From: a virus
Direction: 5' to 3' (one strand)
Virus record (IMG/VR): IMGVR_UViG_3300032093_000012
Location: 103,476 to 167,475 of that record
Length of the DNA: 64,000 bases
The translations under genes and the position numbers were made by a program. The stretch's first letter is position 1; every line of letters begins with the position of its first letter. Positions 1 through 7,622 of the stretch are shown piece after piece. The notes below the pieces were generated by a model. It did not search any database. It was not told the DNA's origin and saw nothing but the letters and a program-made list of their open reading frames with translations.

Positions 1-15
1 ATGATCTCATCTCCC

Positions 16-198
16 CTAGAACAAGAGACCAGCAGACTCACGTTCCTCAGCATCAAACCGCTTAACAACCGCCTCCTTGATCTCAGTCATACGAGCATGC
101 ATGCCCGGTACCTCAATAACCTCAGCGATACAGATCATCTCCTCAATAAAATCATGGATAGTCCAAGTGCTAGTCTTATTCTCAGAATAGGCAGACAT
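16..198 (-). CDS. early hypothetical protein
   Basis: 60-aa ORF with GGAG RBS; downstream of minus-strand early promoters at 525-552 and 679-706. Confidence 0.6.
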   Translation of the reverse strand: MSAYSENKTSTWTIHDFIEEMICIAEVIEVPGMHARMTEIKEAVVKRFDAEERESAGLLF

Positions 199-524
199 GT
201 GTTACTCCATAGGATATATTATGCTCGATACTGCTCATTATACAGTAGCAGTATATACCATGTACATGCCCTGAAAGGGTCTATTATAGTATTACAAACC
301 AGAGAAATTGATAATTCTGACGTCCGCGCTAGGGTGTGTTTCTGTGGATGGAACACGATACCGCCTGCAGGAACACAACTACGCAGAGCTCTGTTCCGCA
401 TACAGGAACACGCGATGTGACACGAGCATGACTTGGCAATCCCAGTGTTTCGCATGGAGGAACACCGTGATCAGCAGCACGCATGACTGGCCTCCGGAGG
501 GTCCGGATCACCATTTATAGATCC

Positions 525-552
525 ATTCTATCACATCAGTTTTTTTTGTACA
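525..552 (-). promoter_or_regulatory. early promoter (leftward)
   Basis: TGTACA-N16-TAGAAT on the minus strand. Confidence 0.55.
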
Positions 553-568
553 TAGCGCTTTAGTATAA

Positions 569-597
569 TGTACACGTGCTGTGGGATGTGGTATAAT
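569..597 (+). promoter_or_regulatory. early promoter
   Basis: TGTACA-N17-TATAAT with extended TGTGG. Confidence 0.6.
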
Positions 598-678
598 GAA
601 ATGAGGACATGTTTCGCATGGAGGAACACGGGATCTACCAACACTCCCAGCTCCCCGCTCTCCCCGGACTTCTATTAT

Positions 679-706
679 ATCCTATCAAGTTTCCTGCCTA
701 TGTACA
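679..706 (-). promoter_or_regulatory. early promoter (leftward)
   Basis: TGTACA-N16-TAGGAT on the minus strand with A-rich upstream tract. Confidence 0.55.
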
Positions 707-730
707 CCGTTTTTTTTCGATTTTTTTTTC

Positions 731-768
731 GAAATAAGCATGTACAATCCCGGTGAGCTTGATATAAT
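731..768 (+). promoter_or_regulatory. early promoter
   Basis: GAAATAAGCATGTACA-N16-TATAAT; motif repeated before several early genes. Confidence 0.8.
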
Positions 769-793
769 GATCTTATCGAATGGAGGAATGGTT

Positions 794-1099
794 ATGCAGT
801 TCACTCAGTCCCTCGCTTATACCCGCCTGCTGGCTAAGGGTGTGAAGATCATCGATTCCCGCTTCCGTCCTCTGGCTAAGCTGGATGATGATCGTCAGTT
901 TGAGGCCATAATGGAGATCGCGATGGAAACGATCGACGAATCCACTTTCGATCTCACGTACTTCCTCCGTAGTGAAGCTGAAGATGAGCTCGACGAGATG
1001 GAATACGAACTTCACATGACCCTCCAGGCTGATCTCACCTCATATCTCGTCAATGAGATTCGCGAGATCACCCGCCTCAAAAAAGAGATCGTCTTCTAA
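794..1099 (+). CDS. early hypothetical protein (acidic)
   Basis: GGAGG RBS directly after the promoter. Confidence 0.75.
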   Translation: MQFTQSLAYTRLLAKGVKIIDSRFRPLAKLDDDRQFEAIMEIAMETIDESTFDLTYFLRSEAEDELDEMEYELHMTLQADLTSYLVNEIREITRLKKEIVF

Positions 1100-1100
1100 A

Positions 1101-1135
1101 AAAAGCATGTACATGTCACCTGGATGTGGTACATT
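1101..1135 (+). promoter_or_regulatory. early promoter
   Basis: AAAAGCATGTACA-N16-TACATT. Confidence 0.7.
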
Positions 1136-1161
1136 TAGATAGTCAACTTGGAGAGAATCAC

Positions 1162-1500
1162 ATGAGCAAGTATCGTTCCTCGGCCTACGTGGCCACTGTG
1201 TATGACATCAATGATCCGCTCATTGCCGAGCAGAAGCGAATCGCACGTATCATCAATGCCAAGAAGCGAGTGTTCGAGTTGCAGGGTATTGGCAAGCAGG
1301 TGACGTATGGTGATCGCACCTACGTAGAACGCACGCGTGTCGTCGTTCGTCCTCGCCTTGGCAAGAACAATGTCCACGCACCACTCTATCGTCGTGGTGG
1401 AGCACTTAAGCGTATGAGTGCACAGACGATTCGTCCTGAACATGGCACACGCTTCGACGTGTACATGTCACCTGCCTTGGTCCAACGTAAAAAAGTTTGA
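1162..1500 (+). CDS. early hypothetical protein (basic)
   Basis: GGAG RBS; ORF between two promoter repeats. Confidence 0.75.
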   Translation: MSKYRSSAYVATVYDINDPLIAEQKRIARIINAKKRVFELQGIGKQVTYGDRTYVERTRVVVRPRLGKNNVHAPLYRRGGALKRMSAQTIRPEHGTRFDVYMSPALVQRKKV

Positions 1501-1537
1501 AATAAGCATGTACATATCACGGTGACTGTGGTAGGAT
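1501..1537 (+). promoter_or_regulatory. early promoter
   Basis: AATAAGCATGTACA-N17-TAGGAT. Confidence 0.75.
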
Positions 1538-1560
1538 ATATCATGGTCAAGGAGAGAGAC

Positions 1561-1809
1561 ATGATACTGATCGAACTGACACTGCCCACCTTCTGGGCGT
1601 CTTCGCTGGTCAACGGTGACGACACCGGTCTAGATGACGAAGATCAAGCCCAGCTGGATGCCTTCATCGATGACATGGTCAACCAGTATGGCAAGTGCTG
1701 GTGCCTCGGCATCAAGGACGGCGATGAGCCTGTCTTCACCTCGTACCACGACGCCAATGCATTCGGTGTCCTGGCCTGTGACTGCGCAATCTTCGTATTT
1801 GAGGGCTGA
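1561..1809 (+). CDS. early hypothetical protein
   Basis: AGGAG RBS; acidic ORF. Confidence 0.75.
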   Translation: MILIELTLPTFWASSLVNGDDTGLDDEDQAQLDAFIDDMVNQYGKCWCLGIKDGDEPVFTSYHDANAFGVLACDCAIFVFEG

Positions 1810-1812
1810 ACC

Positions 1813-2049
1813 ATGCAAGCTGAACAACTCCACCTCGAGAACCTCCCATTGGCCGATGCACAGGCAAAGGCCATTGCCATCCTGAAGGACACCAAGACGA
1901 AACAGGCAAAAGTTAACAACCTGGTCCGAGACGTCCAGCGTGCCCGGTCCTCCCGCGAGGTCCAGCGCATCATGTGGAACACCCTGCTGGCAGGCACCGG
2001 CTTTGGCACGGTGGACAGCCCCTGGCAACAATTTCACAAAATGACGTAA
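1813..2049 (+). CDS. early hypothetical protein
   Basis: ORF coupled to the upstream gene, GAGG RBS. Confidence 0.7.
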   Translation: MQAEQLHLENLPLADAQAKAIAILKDTKTKQAKVNNLVRDVQRARSSREVQRIMWNTLLAGTGFGTVDSPWQQFHKMT

Positions 2050-2056
2050 AAAACGC

Positions 2057-2094
2057 GAAATAAGCATGTACAAGCATGCAGGACTTGATAAGAT
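2057..2094 (+). promoter_or_regulatory. early promoter
   Basis: GAAATAAGCATGTACA-N16-TAAGAT. Confidence 0.75.
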
Positions 2095-2122
2095 CAGATA
2101 GTAAGCAAATGGAGTACACACG

Positions 2123-2230
2123 ATGAGCACCTCAGATATCATGATTGTCCTGGCCCCGTTCGCGATCCTGTGGTCGGTCATGGCCATCGGGTTCCTCATC
2201 GTCCACATCTTTGAAGTGAAAGGAAACTAA
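2123..2230 (+). CDS. 35-aa single-pass membrane peptide (not in the ORF track)
   Basis: GGAG RBS; MSTSDIMIVLAPFAILWSVMAIGFLIVHIFEVKGN. Confidence 0.65.
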   Translation: MSTSDIMIVLAPFAILWSVMAIGFLIVHIFEVKGN

Positions 2231-2233
2231 GTC

Positions 2234-2545
2234 ATGACTACTGCGACTGTTGAAGCCATCAAGGCCAAGAACCTCGACACCATGCGTGCTGTCACCCAGA
2301 TGCTCAAGGACGAGCAGCGCGCCCCTAAGCGTTCCACCAAGGAAGTCCCTGCTGCCAAGCTCCTGAAGGAAGTTGGTGTCAAGGTGCCCAAGCAGGCAGG
2401 TAAGGAAACGAAGCTGGCCTGTTCCCTGCGCTTGATCGAGACCTACAAGGTCCGTGATGAGTTTGTCAAGATGCTGCAGGGCCACTTCCCGGATCTGTCC
2501 GAGTTCAATGCCCGCTGCTACTTCAATAAGGTTCGTCAGGGGTGA
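2234..2545 (+). CDS. early hypothetical protein (basic)
   Basis: AAGGA RBS; followed by a terminator. Confidence 0.75.
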   Translation: MTTATVEAIKAKNLDTMRAVTQMLKDEQRAPKRSTKEVPAAKLLKEVGVKVPKQAGKETKLACSLRLIETYKVRDEFVKMLQGHFPDLSEFNARCYFNKVRQG

Positions 2546-2576
2546 TCCCTCTCCTCCGTATACCCTGACGCTTGTT

Positions 2577-2613
2577 GGGGCCGGTTGCCTTAGCGCGCTG
2601 GCCCCACTTTTTT
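2577..2613 (+). terminator. rho-independent terminator
   Basis: GGGGCC...GGCCCC hairpin followed by a T-run. Confidence 0.6.
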
Positions 2614-2614
2614 C

Positions 2615-2653
2615 GAAAATAAGCATGTACAACCCCTCTGGATATGGTATTCT
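2615..2653 (+). promoter_or_regulatory. early promoter
   Basis: GAAAATAAGCATGTACA-N16-TATTCT. Confidence 0.7.
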
Positions 2654-2677
2654 AGATTATACCAAGGAGAGAGCACC

Positions 2678-2878
2678 ATGTACACCGTTGACCAGATCCG
2701 CACCATCCTGGACGAGCTTGAGTCCAACTACTCGATGGCTATGGACTTCCAAGCCTATCCCCTGGCTAATCACCTCCTGAAGCAGATCGATGCCCTCCGG
2801 GATGAGTTGGTTGGCCTGATCATGGCCGAGGATCCTTATACGTCTGAGGCTGATGTCCGCTACTTCGAGGGGTTCTGA
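2678..2878 (+). CDS. early hypothetical protein
   Basis: AGGAG RBS. Confidence 0.7.
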   Translation: MYTVDQIRTILDELESNYSMAMDFQAYPLANHLLKQIDALRDELVGLIMAEDPYTSEADVRYFEGF

Positions 2879-2879
2879 G

Positions 2880-3146
2880 ATGCAGGTAATAGCCAACTGC
2901 CAGGCCGGTGGCCACAAGACCGGCGAGCTCAATGACATCACGGTCGAGGAGATCAGCGCCACCCTGGGCTTCGAGCCTAACGTGGATGATGATCCCTGTA
3001 AAGTGGTCAATTCCTGGGGCTTCACCGTCGATGGCCATGACTGTGGCATCTGGGACTATAAGGGCTCTCACAAGATCGGCATGTTCTCCACCTTCGGTCC
3101 GGACTACGTCTTCCGCGCACTGTTCTCACCATACTACAGCCGCTGA
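2880..3146 (+). CDS. early hypothetical protein
   Basis: ORF MQVIANCQ... directly after the upstream stop. Confidence 0.7.
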   Translation: MQVIANCQAGGHKTGELNDITVEEISATLGFEPNVDDDPCKVVNSWGFTVDGHDCGIWDYKGSHKIGMFSTFGPDYVFRALFSPYYSR

Positions 3147-3172
3147 TTCCTGTACATTATACTAAAGCACTA

Positions 3173-3200
3173 TGTACAAGGCACGTGACTGTGGTAGGAT
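3173..3200 (+). promoter_or_regulatory. early promoter
   Basis: TGTACA-N16-TAGGAT; shares GTGACTGTGGTAGGAT with the 1501 promoter. Confidence 0.7.
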
Positions 3201-3224
3201 TAGATATCAAAAGGAGAGACTAAC

Positions 3225-3488
3225 ATGCAAGCACAGACCTACAGCATCATCGAAGCAGTCCAGGACTTTGGTCCGATCGTCCACGTGGACGAGGATCTTG
3301 GCTTCATCTTCTGCTGGAACCGCAACCACACCTTCAATGTCCTGACCAAGTTCAATGATCGTTATCAGGTGGTTGACGCTTTCCAGAACTACGACGTCGA
3401 ACGCACAGATTCGCTGACCAAAGTGATTAGCAAGTGCGAGTGCTATTGCATCAATCTCCATGACGAGCTCAACGAGGAGTATGCTTAA
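3225..3488 (+). CDS. early hypothetical protein
   Basis: AAGGAG RBS. Confidence 0.7.
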   Translation: MQAQTYSIIEAVQDFGPIVHVDEDLGFIFCWNRNHTFNVLTKFNDRYQVVDAFQNYDVERTDSLTKVISKCECYCINLHDELNEEYA

Positions 3489-3673
3489 TGTCCAAGCTGT
3501 CTCAATTCATCGTCAAGCACAACGTCGAGGATGGCTACTCTGTGGCCTTTGCTGTGGAACGCATTGCCATCTTCCTTCGTTGTTCAGAGGACGAGATCCT
3601 CTCTGGTGCTCTTAATGACACCAAGGCTGCACAGTATCTTCTTAACCTTTCTCGGAGACTCGCTAATGTCTAA
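3488..3673 (+). CDS. early hypothetical protein
   Basis: TAATG coupling, GAGG RBS. Confidence 0.65.
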   Translation: MSKLSQFIVKHNVEDGYSVAFAVERIAIFLRCSEDEILSGALNDTKAAQYLLNLSRRLANV

Positions 3674-3941
3674 GAACCTCGAACTGGCGAAAGCCATCCG
3701 CCACGGCCTCTTCGCAGACCGCGCCACTGTCAAGGAAGCATTTGATTATGCCTTTGACGTCATCTCCCGCCTCCCTTCTTCTGAGCAGATCGCTGCCACG
3801 ACAGCCATGTACGTCGTCCTCAACACGATCTCCAAAGAGATTGAGAAGAACGAAGCGGCTGCAGAGGAATACCCTGCAGGCGGCGGCATCGAGAAGGCCT
3901 TTGCCACAGGCGACCACTCTCCCAAGAACGTCTGGCCATAA
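3666..3941 (+). CDS. early hypothetical protein
   Basis: GGAG RBS, MSKNLEL... Confidence 0.65.
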   Translation: MSKNLELAKAIRHGLFADRATVKEAFDYAFDVISRLPSSEQIAATTAMYVVLNTISKEIEKNEAAAEEYPAGGGIEKAFATGDHSPKNVWP

Positions 3942-3951
3942 GGATAACACC

Positions 3952-4131
3952 ATGTCTGAGACACTGACTCCTACATCATGGACCATCATCGTCCGCAAGG
4001 GCTCCATTGGTGGCAACCTCATCATCCTCAAAGAGGAATACACCGACTATGACGCTGTCATGACCCGCCTTGACGAGGTCGAGCGCAACTACGGTAGCCG
4101 CTACTGGATCGACCTACGCACCCACTACTAG
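3952..4131 (+). CDS. early hypothetical protein
   Basis: AAGGA RBS, MSETLTPT... Confidence 0.65.
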   Translation: MSETLTPTSWTIIVRKGSIGGNLIILKEEYTDYDAVMTRLDEVERNYGSRYWIDLRTHY

Positions 4132-4288
4132 GACTAGCCTAGAGCAGGACCAGTGACTATGGTAAGCTCTAGGTACCCTTTTACTATACTGGATCTAGTA
4201 CGTCGGTCTCCTATTAATAGACTTTGCGTTCCCTCACTTTGAAAATTTTTTCTGGAAATTTTTTTAGCTCTCCACGGTCATATAGCTG

Positions 4289-4317
4289 TTTACATCTGTC
4301 CTCATCTGGGGTATAAT
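4289..4317 (+). promoter_or_regulatory. sigma70-type early/middle promoter
   Basis: TTTACA-N17-TATAAT, start codon 6 nt downstream (leaderless-like). Confidence 0.7.
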
Positions 4318-4323
4318 GATTTC

Positions 4324-4518
4324 ATGATCAAACATATTACTGATAAAGACAACTACTGGGTACGAGTTACCTGGCGTAAGACTGTGGTACCTTACGGTCC
4401 CCGTAAGGTACAGACTATTACCAACCTGAGTAGGGATAGAGCTTCTCAGTTGTACCGTAGGTATGACTATGAGATGGAAATCCTTGACATCTACAAGGTG
4501 GAGATGGGTCGAGGATGA
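4324..4518 (+). CDS. hypothetical protein
   Basis: first ORF of an overlapping operon. Confidence 0.6.
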   Translation: MIKHITDKDNYWVRVTWRKTVVPYGPRKVQTITNLSRDRASQLYRRYDYEMEILDIYKVEMGRG

Positions 4519-4802
4519 GTAAGTATCGTTTAGAGGTATCTCATTGGACCCGTAGCCGTGATGGGGATGATTGGGTTGACTCAGAGTATTGGGTTAACTT
4601 TCAGTCTCTATCAGAGGGCATGGAGCGTATTGAGAGGATCTCCGATCCCTTGAACAGGAGTCTTATAGAGGTACGTCTCTACAACATGACTGATAGTAAG
4701 GACCTCGTTTACAGGAAAGACTTTATCTCAGGGAAGGTGGAGGATTATACTACTATCCCTGATTTCGATTATCACAACAAGGAGTATGACAATGGTAAGT
4801 AA
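4515..4802 (+). CDS. hypothetical protein
   Basis: ATGA overlap. Confidence 0.65.
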   Translation: MSKYRLEVSHWTRSRDGDDWVDSEYWVNFQSLSEGMERIERISDPLNRSLIEVRLYNMTDSKDLVYRKDFISGKVEDYTTIPDFDYHNKEYDNGK

Positions 4803-5049
4803 AGCAGCAGAATACACTAAGACTACAGATACTAAAGAGAAGAAGCCGGGCCGGTACGTGTTCTACGTGAACGTAGATCAGTACTGCAAGCAGGGTTGGT
4901 TGAACCAGATCTTCATGTCCGAGTCGCGCAGCGAGAAGCTGCTGCGTATCAAGGCTGAGATCGCTCGCTCAGGTTTCTTCAAGCCAGATGAGGAAGTCCT
5001 CATCGTCCCCTCTAACGGCACCCATCTCGAGAAGCTCTGGGAAGAGTAA
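4792..5049 (+). CDS. hypothetical protein
   Basis: AGGAG RBS. Confidence 0.6.
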   Translation: MVSKAAEYTKTTDTKEKKPGRYVFYVNVDQYCKQGWLNQIFMSESRSEKLLRIKAEIARSGFFKPDEEVLIVPSNGTHLEKLWEE

Positions 5050-5095
5050 GATCTCTCTGGAAATCTAGAAAAATGTGCCGTAATAGGATAGAGAA

Positions 5096-5302
5096 ATGAC
5101 AGACGTACTAGATGAACTGACACAGGCATATAGCTTTACCAGAGATGAACTTCTTGGTAAAGCTATCGACGAGATCGCTCAACAACGTAGACACATCGAG
5201 AACCTCTCTCGAGAACACTCAGACCTACGACATGAGAATCAGATCCTCGTAGAGATCAATCGAGACCTACACTGGAAAATGGAATATGAGAGGAAACACT
5301 AA
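5096..5302 (+). CDS. hypothetical coiled-coil protein
   Basis: AGGA RBS, heptad-like pattern. Confidence 0.6.
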   Translation: MTDVLDELTQAYSFTRDELLGKAIDEIAQQRRHIENLSREHSDLRHENQILVEINRDLHWKMEYERKH

Positions 5303-5760
5303 TGTCCGATGCATTTACACAGGAAGAAGCATGGATCTTCGACATGGATGGTACACTCGCTAACTCTAAATGGCGACAACACCACCTCATGGGCATCAAG
5401 AAAGACTGGAAAAGCTGGAATACCGGCATGATCCACGACCTGCCAAATCATGAGATCATCCAGTTTACTCATATCGCTAAGGAAAAAAACATCGCTGTCA
5501 TAGTCTGTACAGGCCGAGAGGATACATACAGAAAAGACACCGAAGATTGGCTCAAGATGCACTGCGTTTCCTACGATATGCTCTTCATGCGAAAGGCAAA
5601 AGACTATCGCAAGGATCAATTCATCAAGAAAGAAATGCTCGAGACTATCAAGTTTCTTAACTACAACCCTACACTCTCTTTCGACGATCGCGACCGAGTG
5701 GTCAAGATGTGGCGAGAAGAAGGTATCCGATGCTTTCAGGTCGACTACGGCGACTTTTAA
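5302..5760 (+). CDS. HAD-family phosphatase resembling the 3'-phosphatase domain of T4 polynucleotide kinase (PseT), stand-alone
   Basis: motifs FDMDGTLA, CTGR, RKD, FDDR. Confidence 0.8.
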   Translation: MSDAFTQEEAWIFDMDGTLANSKWRQHHLMGIKKDWKSWNTGMIHDLPNHEIIQFTHIAKEKNIAVIVCTGREDTYRKDTEDWLKMHCVSYDMLFMRKAKDYRKDQFIKKEMLETIKFLNYNPTLSFDDRDRVVKMWREEGIRCFQVDYGDF

Positions 5761-5777
5761 CATAGAAAGGTGATAAT

Positions 5778-6050
5778 ATGCATATCAATGCCAACATCAG
5801 CGTAGAACTAGACGAAGATCAGGCTGACGAAGTCCTGCTTAACATCCTCAAGAGGGACTACGTACGTCTCTACGACGAACGTCAAGATCTCATGCAACGC
5901 GTCAATGAGCTTGCAGAGTACGAAAAAGAAGACCTTGAGCACATTAATGGCTACATAGTCGCTATCGAGACCCTCCTGAAGTACTACATGTACGTCGGAG
6001 ACGCTGAAGAGTTCATTCGAGGCGTAAAAGGGGTTTACATCTCTGAATAA
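5778..6050 (+). CDS. hypothetical protein
   Basis: AAGG RBS. Confidence 0.65.
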   Translation: MHINANISVELDEDQADEVLLNILKRDYVRLYDERQDLMQRVNELAEYEKEDLEHINGYIVAIETLLKYYMYVGDAEEFIRGVKGVYISE

Positions 6051-6090
6051 CCGTGGTATAAAGAGTCTGTAAGTCACAAGGAGACACAAG

Positions 6091-6261
6091 ATGAACGTGT
6101 ATATCCAGTATCAAGACGTTACAGGCTCATGGTACCAAGTCATGGTCACAGAAAATGAGGGCCCTCGTATCCTCATGGCCATGAAGACAGTATCCAGCCA
6201 GTATCCTGGCTCACGTGTTCGTGCCGTTGATGAAAACGGGCGAGTAGTTGACATCCTCTAA
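6091..6261 (+). CDS. 56-aa hypothetical protein (not in the ORF track)
   Basis: promoter TTTACA-N17-TATAAA at 6034-6062, AGGAG RBS; MNVYIQYQD...RVRAVDENGRVVDIL. Confidence 0.7.
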   Translation: MNVYIQYQDVTGSWYQVMVTENEGPRILMAMKTVSSQYPGSRVRAVDENGRVVDIL

Positions 6262-6342
6262 AAAAAGTTGTTGACAAATTTTCATCGTTGTAGTACTATC
6301 TAAACAGTGGCAGTGAGCCACACAACTAGGAGAATATACATT

Positions 6343-6612
6343 ATGCGTAATACTCAGTCTACCAAGCTCGTCACCGCTCTCGAGAAGGGTGAAGAGCTCA
6401 CTGCCAAGCAGATCTCTGCTCGGTTCAACATCGCTAACCCTACCGCAGTCATCGCTAACCTTCGTTCCGAGGGTCATGTGATCTACACCAATACCCGCAA
6501 GAATCACCGCGGCGAAACGGTCTCTAAGTACCGTATCGGCAAGCCCACTAAGCGTCTCGTCGCCGCTGGTCTCGCTCTTCTCGGTGTCCAGGGTGCAGGA
6601 CTCGTCAACTAA
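6343..6612 (+). CDS. winged helix-turn-helix DNA-binding protein
   Basis: LTAKQISARFNIANPTAVIANLRSEG HTH pattern; promoter TTGACA-N17-TACTAT at 6271-6299; AGGAG RBS. Confidence 0.7.
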   Translation: MRNTQSTKLVTALEKGEELTAKQISARFNIANPTAVIANLRSEGHVIYTNTRKNHRGETVSKYRIGKPTKRLVAAGLALLGVQGAGLVN

Positions 6613-6629
6613 AAAATAATGTCTAATAG

Positions 6630-6702
6630 TTGACAGTTTTACAACTCTGGTGTATAAATAAAGTGATTCCAGAGTTGTAATACTCTCGCTGTTTGACATT
6701 GT
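6630..6702 (+). promoter_or_regulatory. tRNA-operon promoter (sigma70 plus T4-late TATAAATA) followed by a boxA-like element
   Basis: TTGACA(6630)-N17-TATAAATA(6653); GCTGTTTGACATTGT at 6688-6702. Confidence 0.65.
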
Positions 6703-6730
6703 TGGTAAGAATGTTGAGACAATCGAAAGG

Positions 6731-6869
6731 TTGTCTCTTCACGGATGCATCAGAACCCGAAGTGTGTGCACAATATTAACATAGAGGTAGGCTACTCAGC
6801 CCGTCTAAGTCGGCCGTAATTGACGGTGGTATTAGTAGTTAGATAGCTGGTGCATCTTTGTAGAGACAA
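6731..6869 (+). ncRNA. unknown rod-shaped structured RNA
   Basis: nested helices TTGTCTCT/AGAGACAA, GATGCATCAG/CTGGTGCATC, GGCTACT/AGTAGTT, CCGTC/GACGG. Confidence 0.6.
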
Positions 6870-6870
6870 T

Positions 6871-6947
6871 GGACCCTTAGCTCATTTGGTTAGAGTAGCG
6901 GTCTTTTAAACCGTTGGTACTGGGTTCGAATCCCAGAGGGTCTACCA
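6871..6947 (+). tRNA. tRNA-Lys(UUU)
   Basis: cloverleaf, loop CTTTTAA, encoded CCA. Confidence 0.95.
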
Positions 6948-6964
6948 TAATATGGAGAAGTGTA

Positions 6965-7198
6965 ATGAAGAAGATCTTTTTAGCAAGCGCATGTGGATTA
7001 TTTTTGGCCGGTTGCAATGCAACTGTCTATGATAGTCGTCCATCAGTGTATGTTCCTCGGCCGGCAGTAGTCGTACCACCGGTGTATGCACCGTTGCCAC
7101 CGCCGCGTCCTTACTATGTTCGTCAACCTCGTAGAGAGTGTTTTACGACATGGGACCGTACTCCTTATGGGCTGCGCGAGCGAGTTGTCTGTCGTTAA
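6965..7198 (+). CDS. proline-rich lipoprotein
   Basis: signal peptide with lipobox LAGC; GGAG RBS. Confidence 0.75.
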   Translation: MKKIFLASACGLFLAGCNATVYDSRPSVYVPRPAVVVPPVYAPLPPPRPYYVRQPRRECFTTWDRTPYGLRERVVCR

Positions 7199-7204
7199 AA
7201 GTTT

Positions 7205-7294
7205 GGAAGGGTGGCCGAGTGGTTTAAGGCTCCAGTCTTGAAAACTGGCGTAGGCGCAAGTCTACCGTGAGTTCGAATCTCACCTCTTCCGCCA
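7205..7294 (+). tRNA. tRNA-Ser(UGA)
   Basis: long variable arm, loop CTTGAAA, CCA. Confidence 0.95.
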
Positions 7295-7299
7295 AATAA

Positions 7300-7377
7300 C
7301 CCGTGTTAGTGTAGCGATCAAACATACCCGCCTTTCAAGCGTGGAGATCATGGGTTTGAATCCCATACGCGGGACCA
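7300..7377 (+). tRNA. tRNA-Glu(UUC)
   Basis: loop CTTTCAA, bulged anticodon stem, CCA. Confidence 0.85.
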
Positions 7378-7381
7378 ATAC

Positions 7382-7457
7382 GGACCGTTAGCTGAGTTGG
7401 TTTTAGCAGGAGACTCTTAATCTCTTGACGGGGGTTCGAATCCCTCACGGTCTACCA
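7382..7457 (+). tRNA. tRNA-Lys(CUU)
   Basis: loop CTCTTAA, CCA. Confidence 0.9.
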
Positions 7458-7467
7458 AAAAGTTTAT

Positions 7468-7544
7468 TCGCTTGAACCCGAATGGGTATCGGGACCTGAC
7501 TGTTAATCAGGCCACTGTAGGTTCGAATCCTACCAAGCGAGCCA
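7468..7544 (+). tRNA. tRNA-Asn(GUU)
   Basis: loop CTGTTAA, CCA; atypical position 8 and D-arm. Confidence 0.9.
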
Positions 7545-7547
7545 AAT

Positions 7548-7622
7548 TTGAAGTGTCGGCTTATAGCACTATAAATAAACCGATATATCATCACCGAGTG
7601 TTAGTGATGACGCTTCAAGCCA
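7548..7622 (+). ncRNA. CCA-ended tRNA-sized RNA without an anticodon arm
   Basis: TTGAAGTGTC/GACGCTTCAA stem followed by GCCA; two internal hairpins. Confidence 0.5.

Larger units (their letters stand above)
336..629. repeat. four copies of palindrome TGTTYC-N7-GGAACA(C)
   Basis: copies at 336-356, 392-411, 445-465, 610-629; the last two share TGTTTCGCATGGAGGAACAC exactly; extra half-site GGAACAC at 370-376. Confidence 0.75.

Noticed and set aside
336-629. alphaproteobacterial LexA box or parS
   Set aside because: The LexA box is a direct repeat (GTTC-N7-GTTC) and parS has no 7-nt spacer; these are inverted repeats with N7.
1-756. plus-strand ORFs 1-420, 308-520, 568-756
   Set aside because: No RBS; they overlap promoters, palindromes and a better-supported minus-strand gene.
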